64,000 bases of DNA from Psychroserpens sp. (GTDB lineage: Bacteria; Bacteroidota; Bacteroidia; Flavobacteriales; Flavobacteriaceae): assembly GCF_045105015.1 (NCBI RefSeq), contig NZ_JBGCCX010000115.1, positions 5,857-69,856 on the forward strand. Direction: 5' to 3'. A model generated the notes under the pieces. It was not told the DNA's origin, made no database searches, and saw nothing but the letters and a program-made list of their open reading frames with translations. This document shows, piece after piece, positions 1-9,852 of this stretch; the first letter of the stretch is position 1; every line of letters begins with the position of its first letter. A program made the translations under genes and the position numbers.

Positions 1-248
1 CTGATAAATTATCAGTTAGAGCCACTGAACAATTGGTGAAAAGTTTTCACAACACAAACACCATAAAGTCTCCAAAAAAAGAAGAGTTACCTAAGTATAT
101 CAAAAAAGGAGTTAAAGAATTTTCTGAATACTTTGGACACAAAATCAACGTTAAGGTATCTAAGAATGGTAAGGGTCAAATCACAATCCCATTTCATTCT
201 GAAGAAGATTTTAATCGCATTAAAAAACTAGTTCAAAGTGCCAAATAA
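1..248 (+). CDS. parB: ParB/Spo0J chromosome partition protein, C-terminal part (5' truncated by window edge)
   Basis: Frame is open from base 3 (DKLSVRATEQLVK), followed by the typical ParB C-terminus KVSKNGKGQITIPFHSEEDFNRI. Confidence 0.85.
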   Translation, partial: DKLSVRATEQLVKSFHNTNTIKSPKKEELPKYIKKGVKEFSEYFGHKINVKVSKNGKGQITIPFHSEEDFNRIKKLVQSAK

Positions 249-828
249 GCAGCTTTACATCATATGTTTCATTATTCTTTTTGGGTACAATGGTTTTGCT
301 CAAAACAAAAAAGACAGTGATAGCCTAAAGGTTGATACTGATTTGATAGTTGTTGCAGATACCATTCAAAGAAAGCCCATAAACATTTTAGCACCTTCAA
401 AAGCTGCCTTCTACTCTGCTGTTTTACCTGGTTTAGGACAAGCTTACAATAAAAAATATTGGAAAATACCTATTGTTTATGCACTCATGGGTACAAGTGT
501 TTACTTCTATGTTTCTAACGACAAGGAATACAATCGCTATAGAGACGAATACAAACGTCGTTTAGCCGGAAACAGTCCTCTTTTAGGAGAATTTCCTGGT
601 GTAAGTGACGAAGGTCTTATTAACGCTCAAAAAACGCTTAAACGTCGTAAAGAACTATCTTTACTCATTACAATTGGATTGTATGCTTTAAATATCATTG
701 ACGCTAATGTTGACGCACATTTATTACAATACAACGTCGATAAAAATCTTGCTATAAAACCTCATTTTCAATATAACGAAATGGAGAACTCTTCAGATTT
801 AGGCCTCACTCTCAACTTTAAATTCTAA
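238..828 (+). CDS. DUF5683-type membrane protein
   Basis: Signal-like N-terminus; PSKAAFYSAVLPGLGQAYNKKYWK and NIIDANVDAHL motifs. Confidence 0.75.
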   Translation: MPNKQLYIICFIILFGYNGFAQNKKDSDSLKVDTDLIVVADTIQRKPINILAPSKAAFYSAVLPGLGQAYNKKYWKIPIVYALMGTSVYFYVSNDKEYNRYRDEYKRRLAGNSPLLGEFPGVSDEGLINAQKTLKRRKELSLLITIGLYALNIIDANVDAHLLQYNVDKNLAIKPHFQYNEMENSSDLGLTLNFKF

Positions 829-831
829 GTC

Positions 832-1533
832 ATGAACATTGCGTTATTAGGCTATGGAAAAATGGGTAAAGCTATTGAAAAAATTGCAATAAGCAGAGGT
901 CATAATATCGCTTTAAAAGTGTCTAGAACCACCAAAGACTATAACCTCAAAAATATTGACATAGCTATTGATTTTAGTTTACCATCTTCAGCTTATGAAA
1001 ACATTAGCAATTGCATTCATCACAAAACACCGGTAATATCAGGTACTACAGGTTGGCTTGACAAATATGATGACATCGTATCTCAATGCAACAAAAACAA
1101 TGGTACTTTTTTATATGCCTCCAATTTCAGCCTTGGAGTTAACATCTTTTTTGAAGTAAACAAAACATTAGCAAAACTGATGAAAGGTTTACCAGAATAT
1201 AATGTTGATCTTGAAGAAATTCATCACACTCAAAAACTTGACGCTCCAAGTGGCACAGCAATTACTTTAGCTGAAGCGATTATTAAACAATCAGACTATA
1301 AAAATTGGACACTAGAGACACCAAAACCAAATGAGATTGGTATTTTAGCAAAACGAATTGAAAACGTTCCGGGAACTCATGAAATCAATTATAAATCTTA
1401 TGTCGATAGTATTTCAATAAAACATACAGCACATAGCAGAGAAGGTTTTGCCTTAGGCGCAGTGATAGCAGCTGAATGGATTCATGATAAAACTGGAGTT
1501 TACACAATGAAAGATGTGTTAAACATAGGTTAA
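832..1533 (+). CDS. dapB: 4-hydroxy-tetrahydrodipicolinate reductase
   Basis: GYGKMG NAD-binding motif, GTTG, ASNFSLGV, EIHHTQKLDAPSGTA catalytic motif. Confidence 0.96.
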   Translation: MNIALLGYGKMGKAIEKIAISRGHNIALKVSRTTKDYNLKNIDIAIDFSLPSSAYENISNCIHHKTPVISGTTGWLDKYDDIVSQCNKNNGTFLYASNFSLGVNIFFEVNKTLAKLMKGLPEYNVDLEEIHHTQKLDAPSGTAITLAEAIIKQSDYKNWTLETPKPNEIGILAKRIENVPGTHEINYKSYVDSISIKHTAHSREGFALGAVIAAEWIHDKTGVYTMKDVLNIG

Positions 1534-1591
1534 TTTAAAATTTAAGAGTAACGTTTAAGTATCTTTTTAAACCAACAACAAACAAAATATT

Positions 1592-3172
1592 ATGACTATA
1601 ACACAGTGGTTAATTTTCATTTTAGTAATTCAAGTTATTCACGGAATTGGAACATGGAAACTATACATTAAAGCTGGACGACAAGCATGGGAGGCGTTTG
1701 TTCCTGTTTATAATTCGGTGATTTTAATGAAAATTATTAACAGACCTTGGTGGTGGACCATCTTATTGTTTGTTCCAATAGTTAATCTTATCATGCTTCC
1801 TGTAGTTTGGGTTGAAACTGCAAGAAGCTTCGGAAAAAACAGTTTTCAAGACACTATTTTAGCTGTTATCAGCTTAGGATTTTACAACTTCTACCTCAAT
1901 TATGTAGCTGATGTATCTTATGTTGAAAATAGAGACTTAAATCCGAAATCGAGTTCTGGAGATTGGGTTAGCTCAATTTTATTTGCCATCGTTGCTGCAA
2001 CTATTGTGCACACTTATTTTATTCAACCCTTTACAATACCGAGTTCTTCATTAGAAAAATCATTGCTTGTTGGCGATTTTCTATTTGTGAGTAAGTTTCA
2101 TTATGGAGCTAGAATACCTATGACTACCGTTGCAGCTCCTATGGTTCATGACACCATTCCTGTACTAAATAAAAAATCCTATTTATTTGATGACCGCATC
2201 GATAAGAAAGAGAGTTCATGGAAGAATAAGCTTCAACTTCCTTATTTAAGGTTGCCAGGTTTTGAGAGTATTGAACGTAATGACATCGTCGTATTTAACC
2301 AACCAGCTGACACCTTGTTGGATATGAATAATTTTAAACCAGATCGTAATTATTACAAACCTATTGACAAGAAAACAAATTTGGTTAAACGTTGTGTAGG
2401 CGTTCCTGGAGATTCGTTAGAAGTAAGAGATGGTTATGTTTACATTAATGGTAAACAAAATCAATTACCAGACAGAGCTAAGCTACAGTTTGCTTATGAT
2501 ATTGTTCTGAAAGGCAACTATACTGGAGAGCAAATTCTCGAAGCTCTAAAACGCTATGATATTACTGACAACCCTTATCAATTAGAACAAGGCACGATTG
2601 TCGTTCAGGCTACCGTAGAATCGGTTGCAAAAGCTAAGAACAATCCATATTTTGCAAGTATTACAAGGCGTATCACACCAAAAGGCACTGACGGAAACCT
2701 ATTTCCTAGAGACCCACAATACCCGTGGAATTATGATAACTTCGGACCTGTTTATATTCCAAAAGAAGGTGTGACAATCGATATAAACTTAGAGGTTTTA
2801 CCTTTATACAGACGTTTAATTTCAGAATATGAAGGTAATTCTGTAACCGTAAATGGAAATCAAATCCTAATCAACGGAACTCCCTCAGACACTTACACCT
2901 TTAAACAAGACTATTATTGGATGATGGGTGACAACAGAGACAATTCTATTGATGCTAGAGCTTGGGGATTTGTGCCTTTTGATCATGTTGTTGGAAAACC
3001 CGTACTTATATGGATGAGTTGGGACGGACTTAAAAATCCGCGTTGGGAACGTTTCTTTACGACTGTTGGTGGAAGCGGCAAAGCAACATCATATTTCATT
3101 CCTTTCTTAGTTGTTTTATTTGGTATCATTGGTTTTAATAAATGGCGAAAACATAAAAAAGCGAAAAGTTAA
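1592..3172 (+). CDS. lepB: Signal peptidase I with N-terminal membrane extension
   Basis: IPSSSLEKSLLVGD (catalytic Ser), VKRCVG (catalytic Lys), GDNRDNSIDAR box. Confidence 0.94.
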   Translation: MTITQWLIFILVIQVIHGIGTWKLYIKAGRQAWEAFVPVYNSVILMKIINRPWWWTILLFVPIVNLIMLPVVWVETARSFGKNSFQDTILAVISLGFYNFYLNYVADVSYVENRDLNPKSSSGDWVSSILFAIVAATIVHTYFIQPFTIPSSSLEKSLLVGDFLFVSKFHYGARIPMTTVAAPMVHDTIPVLNKKSYLFDDRIDKKESSWKNKLQLPYLRLPGFESIERNDIVVFNQPADTLLDMNNFKPDRNYYKPIDKKTNLVKRCVGVPGDSLEVRDGYVYINGKQNQLPDRAKLQFAYDIVLKGNYTGEQILEALKRYDITDNPYQLEQGTIVVQATVESVAKAKNNPYFASITRRITPKGTDGNLFPRDPQYPWNYDNFGPVYIPKEGVTIDINLEVLPLYRRLISEYEGNSVTVNGNQILINGTPSDTYTFKQDYYWMMGDNRDNSIDARAWGFVPFDHVVGKPVLIWMSWDGLKNPRWERFFTTVGGSGKATSYFIPFLVVLFGIIGFNKWRKHKKAKS

Positions 3173-3198
3173 TTCGTTTTTAAATTCCAAATAGACGA

Positions 3199-3819
3199 AT
3201 GAAAGTCTTATTACATCCTACATACTTTCCTAGTATTGCACATTTTGTAGCGATGGTAAAAGCTGAAGACATTGTGTTTGAAGTTTTTGATAACTATCAA
3301 AAACAAACCTACAGAAATAGAGCAACAATTTTTGGTGCTAATGGCAAGTTAGACCTCAATGTTCCTGTACATTATTCACAGAAAAACCGTCAATTATATA
3401 AAGACGTTTCCATTTCAAATATTGATAACTGGCAAGATTTACATTTTAAATCCTTAGAATCTGCATATCGCGCTTCTCCTTTTTTCGAATTTTATATAGA
3501 TGATTTAAAACCATTATTTAACACTGAATTCATAAGTATAATGGATTTCAACTTTAAGTGCTTAGAAATCATCTTTGAATGTTTACAAGTCCAGTTTGAA
3601 TATAAAACTACAACGCATTTTGAAAAAGAACCAAAAGCTATTATTGATGGAAGAATTTTAGCAAATAGTAGAAAAGAGATTACTCAAGACTTTCAATATT
3701 ATGCCCAAGTATTTGATGATAAACATGGATTCTTTAACAACTTAAGTATTTTAGATTTATTATTTAATGAAGGTCCAAACACAATTCTCTATTTAGAAGC
3801 CCAAATACTTACATTATAA
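3199..3819 (+). CDS. WbqC family protein
   Basis: PTYFP, YQKQTYRNR, AYRASPFFE and LSILDLLFNEGP motifs. Confidence 0.85.
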   Translation: MKVLLHPTYFPSIAHFVAMVKAEDIVFEVFDNYQKQTYRNRATIFGANGKLDLNVPVHYSQKNRQLYKDVSISNIDNWQDLHFKSLESAYRASPFFEFYIDDLKPLFNTEFISIMDFNFKCLEIIFECLQVQFEYKTTTHFEKEPKAIIDGRILANSRKEITQDFQYYAQVFDDKHGFFNNLSILDLLFNEGPNTILYLEAQILTL

Positions 3820-4127
3820 TGTTTCAAACACTGACTCATTACGGCATTCATTTTATAATACCACTAGTTGTGGCTTTGTTGTTTTTTAAAAAACAATGGA
3901 AAGTTGCCACCATAATTATGTTAAGTACAATGCTAATAGATTTAGATCATTTACTTGCCAATCCAACTTTTGATCCTAATCGTTGTAGCATAAATTTTCA
4001 CCCACTTCACTCCTATTATGCAATTGGACTATATTTCCTGTTATCAATCATAAAAAAAACAAGACTTCTAGGTATTGGATGCATCATCCATATATTAGCA
4101 GATGCAGTAGATTGTTGGATGATGTAA
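3819..4127 (+). CDS. Small membrane protein (DUF6122-like, putative metal-dependent hydrolase fold)
   Basis: Hydrophobic protein with IDLDH, RCSINFHPLH and HILAD motifs; 1-nt overlap with upstream gene. Confidence 0.7.
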   Translation: MFQTLTHYGIHFIIPLVVALLFFKKQWKVATIIMLSTMLIDLDHLLANPTFDPNRCSINFHPLHSYYAIGLYFLLSIIKKTRLLGIGCIIHILADAVDCWMM

Positions 4128-4129
4128 TA

Positions 4130-5152
4130 TTATTTTCCTAGTTTCACTTTTGCAATTATTGGATAGTGGTCTGATAATTTTTCATCATACGTTTTAAACG
4201 AATTCACTTTAAAATCATCATCAACAAGAACAAAATCGATTCGAACTGGGAAAAATTTAAAATCAAACGTTCTTCCAAAACCATTACCAGCCTCTTTAAA
4301 AGCATCTTTAAGATCTCCTTTTACCTCTTTATATACATAAGAATAAGCCGTATTATTAAAATCACCACAAATAATCATTCTATAAGGAGACTGTTTTTTA
4401 TGCATCAAAAACAATTCTGTTTGAAATTGCTGCATTTTAAAAGTATTACTCACTCGGTTTAATAAGTTTTGAGAATCTTCATTTGCTAGTTTTTCAACGG
4501 TTGGGTCAATTCCAAGAGATTGCAAATGCACATTATAAACCCTTATGGTATCCTTCCCTTTAACAATATCAGCATAAATAGCATTATTAGAAGTGTTTGG
4601 GAACTCAATAGAGCCAGAATTAATAATAGGAAATTTAGTAAAAATAGCTTGCCCACTTTTAACTTGTTTACCTGATAATTCTTCATATTTATAATACTCG
4701 GTAAGGATAATAGTTTCATCAGGTCTATATTCTTGCAAGCAAAGAATATCTGGTTGCTTTTCTGAAATAAAATCAGAAATATCTTGCGTAACATTCACAT
4801 CTTTAATCCAATCAAAAACATTGAATAAACGTACATTATAGTTCATTATAGAAATATTCTCACTGTCATCAACATTCTTTGACGAAGAAAACTTATAAAG
4901 TGAAAACACATGATTATAACCAATAATTAATACAATAAGTGACAACAAGAGTTGACGCTTCACATTGAGCAACCAATACATTGCAAATAAAATATTAATT
5001 ATAATTAACGCTGGAACAGCTAGACTTAACACAGACAGAAATGCAAATTGCTTTGGAGCCATGTAAGGCAAAACATAAGACAATAACAAGACGAATGCCA
5101 TCAACGAATTGATGACAAATATTAACTTGTCAAAACCTTTAAGTTTTTTCAT
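4130..5152 (-). CDS. Endonuclease/exonuclease/phosphatase family membrane-anchored protein
   Basis: N-terminal TM helices; YNV, LQE, GDFN, IDF and SDH motifs. Confidence 0.9.
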   Translation of the reverse strand: MKKLKGFDKLIFVINSLMAFVLLLSYVLPYMAPKQFAFLSVLSLAVPALIIINILFAMYWLLNVKRQLLLSLIVLIIGYNHVFSLYKFSSSKNVDDSENISIMNYNVRLFNVFDWIKDVNVTQDISDFISEKQPDILCLQEYRPDETIILTEYYKYEELSGKQVKSGQAIFTKFPIINSGSIEFPNTSNNAIYADIVKGKDTIRVYNVHLQSLGIDPTVEKLANEDSQNLLNRVSNTFKMQQFQTELFLMHKKQSPYRMIICGDFNNTAYSYVYKEVKGDLKDAFKEAGNGFGRTFDFKFFPVRIDFVLVDDDFKVNSFKTYDEKLSDHYPIIAKVKLGK

Positions 5153-5166
5153 TTAAATCATGGCTA

Positions 5167-6039
5167 TTATTTACCTGCCTTAAACAGAAATGCTTTTTCT
5201 TCTTCGGTTAAACTATCGTAACCACTTTTACTTATTTTATCGAGAATAAGATCTATCTTTTTTTGATTATTAAACTCATTAAACTGCTCTTTATTATGAC
5301 CAGCAAATGGTTTCTTTCTGTTTTTATGAACTGTTTTTAAGGGGGATTTAGACTGAAAAACGGAGGTTAAACCATCCATGAATTTCGAAAACCCTTTACC
5401 AATATCATTGCCTTTAAGTAATTGTGTTGCATATAAGTACCCCAAAATACTGCCTCCAAAATGAGCAATTTTTCCACCTTGATTAATTCCGAAAAGACCA
5501 ATAAAATCAATAATTACAATAGCTAAACCAATGTGCCAAAGTTTTATGGTTATCGCAAAAAACTTAGCCTCTCGATTAGGCATATAAGCACATAAAAATA
5601 TTAGTAAAGCATTCACACCAGCAGATGCACCAACTAAGGGCCCAGCATTTACTAAAAGTGATTGAGGCACTACATTATATACCAGTAAAAACAATAAGCC
5701 GCCAGAAAATATACCCATAAAGTAAATTGAAAGTGATTGTTTTGGTGGAAATAGATTGACCATACTTCTTGAGATAAAGTACAAAACAAACATATTGAAT
5801 ACTAAATGCAATAACCCATAATGAGCAAAACCATAAGTGATAATAGACCAAGGCTTCGTTAAAAAATCAAAAAATGGTTTAGGTAATTCTAACCAAGTTA
5901 ATGTGTTAGCTCTTGGGATATTAGTAAAAACCTGAATTAACCAACCTATAAGAAAAACACCAACGTTAATAGCTATGATCTTTTCAAAAACATTAAGATG
6001 TTTTAATTTCTCTTTTATGTCTTGAGTTAACGATGTCAT
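5167..6039 (-). CDS. Rhomboid family intramembrane serine protease with soluble C-terminal domain
   Basis: HLVFNM, GASAG, AHFGG; C-terminal IDLILDKISKSGYDSLT; start placed at ATG 6039 (ATGA overlap with upstream stop). Confidence 0.9.
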   Translation of the reverse strand: MTSLTQDIKEKLKHLNVFEKIIAINVGVFLIGWLIQVFTNIPRANTLTWLELPKPFFDFLTKPWSIITYGFAHYGLLHLVFNMFVLYFISRSMVNLFPPKQSLSIYFMGIFSGGLLFLLVYNVVPQSLLVNAGPLVGASAGVNALLIFLCAYMPNREAKFFAITIKLWHIGLAIVIIDFIGLFGINQGGKIAHFGGSILGYLYATQLLKGNDIGKGFSKFMDGLTSVFQSKSPLKTVHKNRKKPFAGHNKEQFNEFNNQKKIDLILDKISKSGYDSLTEEEKAFLFKAGK

Positions 6040-6812
6040 TGGTCCCAACGATTTTGATTAAACTGTGTTTTTTTCCAATACCACATGATAATAAAACCCG
6101 TTAGTGCGCCACCAACATGAGCCATGTAAGCGGTATTACTCGGACTAAAAAATGATTGACCAGTCACGGCCGAAATAACATCTAAAAGAATAATTCCTGG
6201 AATAAAATACTTAGCTTTTATAGGTACTGGCAAGAAAATAAGCATGAGTTTTGCATCAGGGTTCATCATACCAAAAGCTGCTAAAATTCCCATAATACAG
6301 CCAGATGCACCTACCATAGAAGCATTATAAATTGGAAATGCCTCTTGCAACAATGCCAATTGACTTTGGCTTATGCCTTGAATCAACTCATTAGTTGTGA
6401 ACATCTGAATAATTTCTGAACCTGATAATCCACTAGAGATTAATTCAGAATATATTGGCATATAATTAAAGTAATAATATCCTAATTGAAATAAAACCGC
6501 ACCAAATCCAGCAGATAGATAAATAAATAAAAACTTTTTACTTCCTAATTGTGTTTCAACTGCAGTACCAAACATCCATAGAGCAAACATATTGAATAAG
6601 ATGTGTGTTATACTTAAGTTTTGCAGGTTCGCTCCACCATGCATAAACATATGTGTAATCACTTGCCACGGCTGAAACATGTCATTATTAGGAAAATATA
6701 ATGCAAACCACTTATAAAACAGTTCTCCATTACCAACAAACAATGTTCCTATGAACATAAGTACATTGATAATAATTAAATGTTTTACCGTATCTGTTAT
6801 ACCTCTCATCAT
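6036..6812 (-). CDS. Rhomboid family intramembrane serine protease
   Basis: HILFNMFALW, GASG, AHVGG motifs. Confidence 0.92.
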   Translation of the reverse strand: MMRGITDTVKHLIIINVLMFIGTLFVGNGELFYKWFALYFPNNDMFQPWQVITHMFMHGGANLQNLSITHILFNMFALWMFGTAVETQLGSKKFLFIYLSAGFGAVLFQLGYYYFNYMPIYSELISSGLSGSEIIQMFTTNELIQGISQSQLALLQEAFPIYNASMVGASGCIMGILAAFGMMNPDAKLMLIFLPVPIKAKYFIPGIILLDVISAVTGQSFFSPSNTAYMAHVGGALTGFIIMWYWKKTQFNQNRWDQ

Positions 6813-6818
6813 AGTTTA

Positions 6819-8678
6819 TTACATAAATTTTTTATCAAAATCATCTACACTCATGGTGATAAATGTTGTTCTATTAGTTGGTGATACTGAAGGATCTTTA
6901 CAAGCAAACAAACTATTTACCAAATGTTCTTGTTCCATATTAGTTAATGATTGTCCTGATTTAATCGCTAAGCTTTTTGATAAAGATTTTGCCAATAAAT
7001 CGGTTGCACTAAAATTACTATCTGGCACTTCTTGCTCTACATCACTAATAAGTTGCTCTAAAATTATAGACACTTCACTTTCAGGAACATTAACTGGCAC
7101 TCCTGTAATTTCAATACTGCCTTCTTCAAATTTTGAAAACACGAAACCAGTGAGCTCTAAATCTTCTTTGAGTTGTTCTAACAATTCCATCTCAGAAGAT
7201 GAAAATTGCAACTGTAATGGAAATAATAACTGCTGACTTACGGCTTCTTGTACAGTTGTATGTTTCAATAACCCTTCATAAAGTATGCGTTGGTGAGCAC
7301 GATGTTGATCAATAATTAACATTCCAGATTTAATTGTGCTTATTATATATTTATTGAGTAATTGATATGTTGTTTGTTTTGATTCGACCTCAGTATTATC
7401 ACTAAAAAGCGATGTGTTTTCTGGTTGGCTCTCCAACTCGATTTCACTAAACTCTTGCGTAGTTTTTGTTCCTTTACTTTCTAAACCTACGTACAAACTC
7501 TCCCATTGTGAAGCTGGTTCCTTTTTATAAGAAGTTGAAAAACCACCAGCTTTTCCGGATGGTTTCTCCTCTCTAAAGGGATTAAAACCTTTATCAACTT
7601 CAACTGTAGGATTAGACACTCGTTTTCCTTCAAAATTGTAAGGAGTATCTAAATTTCTGTCACGATCAAAATCTAAAACTGGCGCGATATTAAATTGTCC
7701 TAAACTATGTTTTACTGAGGAACGTAAAATTGCATACAACGTATGTTCATCATCAAACTTAATTTCCGTTTTTGTTGGGTGGATATTAATATCAATAGTT
7801 TTAGGATCGACCGTTAAATTTAAAAAGTAACTTGGATGGCTTCCATCTTTGAGCAAACCTTCAAAAGCTGCGTTAATGGCATGATTTAAATAAGCGCTTT
7901 TTATAAAGCGATTATTAACAAAGAAAAATTGTTCGGTACGTGTTTTTCTGGAAAACTCTGGTTTCCCAACAAAACCGGAAATCTTAAGCACCTCAGTTTC
8001 TTCTTCAACAGGAACTAATTTTTCATTAGTTTTTCCACCAAAAATATTTACCACACGCTGTCTGTAGTTACTTTTAGGAAGATTAAAACTTTCACTTCCA
8101 TTATGAAACATCACAAAAGCAATATCTGGATGTGCTAAAGCTACCCGATGAAATTCATCAATAATATGTCGGAGTTCTACGTTATTCGATTTTAAAAAAT
8201 TTCGTCTTGCTGGAATATTAAAAAATAAATGTTTTACGGCAATCGATGTTCCTTTAGGTGTCACGACAACCTCTTGAGATTTGACCTCACTTCCCTCTAT
8301 TTCAATTTGAGTGCCTAATTCATCTTCATCTCGCTTTGTTTTTAACTCTACGTGAGCGATTGCAGCAATACTTGCTAGAGCTTCACCACGAAACCCTTTG
8401 GTATTTAAACTGAATAAATCTTCTGCACTACGGATTTTTGAGGTAGCATGACGCTCAAAACTTAAACGAGCATCAGTAACACTCATTCCTTTACCATCGT
8501 CAATAACTTGAATTAATGCTTTTCCCGCATCTTTAACAATAAGTTTAATGAGCTTAGAATCTGCATCAATTGCATTTTCGAGAAGCTCTTTAACTACTGA
8601 AGCTGGGCGTTGTACGACTTCGCCTGCTGCAATTTGATTAGCAACATGATCAGGTAAAAGTTGAATAATGTCTGTCAT
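6819..8678 (-). CDS. mutL: DNA mismatch repair endonuclease MutL
   Basis: NQIAAGEVVQRPASVVKELLENAIDA, GFRGEALASI, DQHRAHQR endonuclease motif. Confidence 0.97.
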   Translation of the reverse strand: MTDIIQLLPDHVANQIAAGEVVQRPASVVKELLENAIDADSKLIKLIVKDAGKALIQVIDDGKGMSVTDARLSFERHATSKIRSAEDLFSLNTKGFRGEALASIAAIAHVELKTKRDEDELGTQIEIEGSEVKSQEVVVTPKGTSIAVKHLFFNIPARRNFLKSNNVELRHIIDEFHRVALAHPDIAFVMFHNGSESFNLPKSNYRQRVVNIFGGKTNEKLVPVEEETEVLKISGFVGKPEFSRKTRTEQFFFVNNRFIKSAYLNHAINAAFEGLLKDGSHPSYFLNLTVDPKTIDINIHPTKTEIKFDDEHTLYAILRSSVKHSLGQFNIAPVLDFDRDRNLDTPYNFEGKRVSNPTVEVDKGFNPFREEKPSGKAGGFSTSYKKEPASQWESLYVGLESKGTKTTQEFSEIELESQPENTSLFSDNTEVESKQTTYQLLNKYIISTIKSGMLIIDQHRAHQRILYEGLLKHTTVQEAVSQQLLFPLQLQFSSSEMELLEQLKEDLELTGFVFSKFEEGSIEITGVPVNVPESEVSIILEQLISDVEQEVPDSNFSATDLLAKSLSKSLAIKSGQSLTNMEQEHLVNSLFACKDPSVSPTNRTTFITMSVDDFDKKFM

Positions 8679-8983
8679 TAGCGATCTAAATAGAAAATAG
8701 AGAGATCAAAATCAATAATAAAAAGAAAAATCAAAATGAAAACACCTATTAAAACTAAAATAGTTCTGTTAAACCCAGAATTATTTCTATTTCTATTTTT
8801 TAGTCTATTCTCATGCCATATCCCAGAAATATCATTTTTATTATAAGTCTCAGCATAAGCATCAAACTTGGTTTGGTATTGAGAAGCATCAACATTCTCT
8901 TTACCATCATAATGCATTGGCGTATAATTAAACCTTTTATTTTTGGACAAGCCTTTAAATAAAGTAAATTTTATTGGACCCAT
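8678..8983 (-). CDS. Small hypothetical protein with C-terminal TM anchor
   Basis: KNKRFNYTPMHY N-terminal motif, C-terminal hydrophobic helix; 1-nt overlap with mutL start. Confidence 0.7.
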   Translation of the reverse strand: MGPIKFTLFKGLSKNKRFNYTPMHYDGKENVDASQYQTKFDAYAETYNKNDISGIWHENRLKNRNRNNSGFNRTILVLIGVFILIFLFIIDFDLSIFYLDR

Positions 8984-8993
8984 AATATCATTA

Positions 8994-9206
8994 TTAAATA
9001 TATCTGTTAAGGATATAAATTAGAAAAAAAATTGCTGCTAAAATTATAAGTAAAACGGGTAATGAGGTAAATATATTTCCTCTACGTTGCGTATTATCTC
9101 TAATTTCATTCCATTTCGATTCTAAAGCGTCATGAGGGGTCATTTCTTTTGAACCTTCATAGCGAGACTTAAAATTAAAACGTTTATTTTTTCTTTGATT
9201 AAACAA
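8994..9206 (-). CDS. Small hypothetical protein with C-terminal TM anchor, paralog-like to 8678..8983
   Basis: KNKRFNFKSRY motif and C-terminal TM helix; TTG 9206 preferred because the track's start at 9239 falls inside a TAnnTTTG element. Confidence 0.6.
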   Translation of the reverse strand: MFNQRKNKRFNFKSRYEGSKEMTPHDALESKWNEIRDNTQRRGNIFTSLPVLLIILAAIFFLIYILNRYI

Positions 9207-9236
9207 ATTGACTAATAAATTACAATTGTTATATCT

Positions 9237-9244
9237 CAAAAGTA
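9237..9244 (-). promoter_or_regulatory. Putative Bacteroidota primary-sigma -7 element (TACTTTTG) for the mutL operon
   Basis: Exact TAnnTTTG match about 30 nt upstream of TTG 9206. Confidence 0.5.
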
Positions 9245-9367
9245 CTGAATTTACAAGGAAAAACAGATGTTGAAGTCCTAAAAATTGTTAACATCTAAAA
9301 TGCAGAATGGTATGAAATGAAAAGGAAAAATTATAATTGAAATACGATCACTAGTGAATTTGAATAT

Positions 9368-9850
9368 TTAAAGCTTATTTAGTTCAGCCATTTTAATTGC
9401 AGCAATAGCAGCTTCAGTACCCTTGTTCCCATGTATACCACCTGAACGATCTATTGACTGTTGCTGATTATTATCGGTAAGCACACAGAAAATGACAGGT
9501 GTATCTGTAGTTAAATTTAATTCTTTAATTCCTTGAGTAACACCATCACAAACAAAATCGAAGTGCTTGGTTTCACCTTGAATTACGCAACCAATAGCTA
9601 TGACAACATCAACATTTTGAGTAATCATTTTTTTAGAACCATAGATCAACTCAAAACTTCCTGGAACATCCCATTTAATAATATTTTCAGGCAATGCTCC
9701 GCAATCAACTAAAGCGTCTAACGCACCTTGGTAAAGTCCGTTAGTTATTTTATCGTTCCATTCTGAAACAACAATCCCAAACCGAAAATCTTTCGCGTTT
9801 GGGATTGTGTTTTTATCGTAATTTGATAAATTATGGTTTGCAGTTGCCAT
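9368..9850 (-). CDS. ribH: 6,7-dimethyl-8-ribityllumazine synthase
   Basis: VSEWN, VPGSFEL, GCVIQGETKHFDFV, NKGTEAA motifs. Confidence 0.96.
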   Translation of the reverse strand: MATANHNLSNYDKNTIPNAKDFRFGIVVSEWNDKITNGLYQGALDALVDCGALPENIIKWDVPGSFELIYGSKKMITQNVDVVIAIGCVIQGETKHFDFVCDGVTQGIKELNLTTDTPVIFCVLTDNNQQQSIDRSGGIHGNKGTEAAIAAIKMAELNKL

Positions 9851-9852
9851 AT

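Noticed and set aside
9245-9367. Possible FMN riboswitch or sRNA near ribH
   Set aside because: The region is downstream of ribH, AT-rich, and has no RFN consensus or strong hairpin
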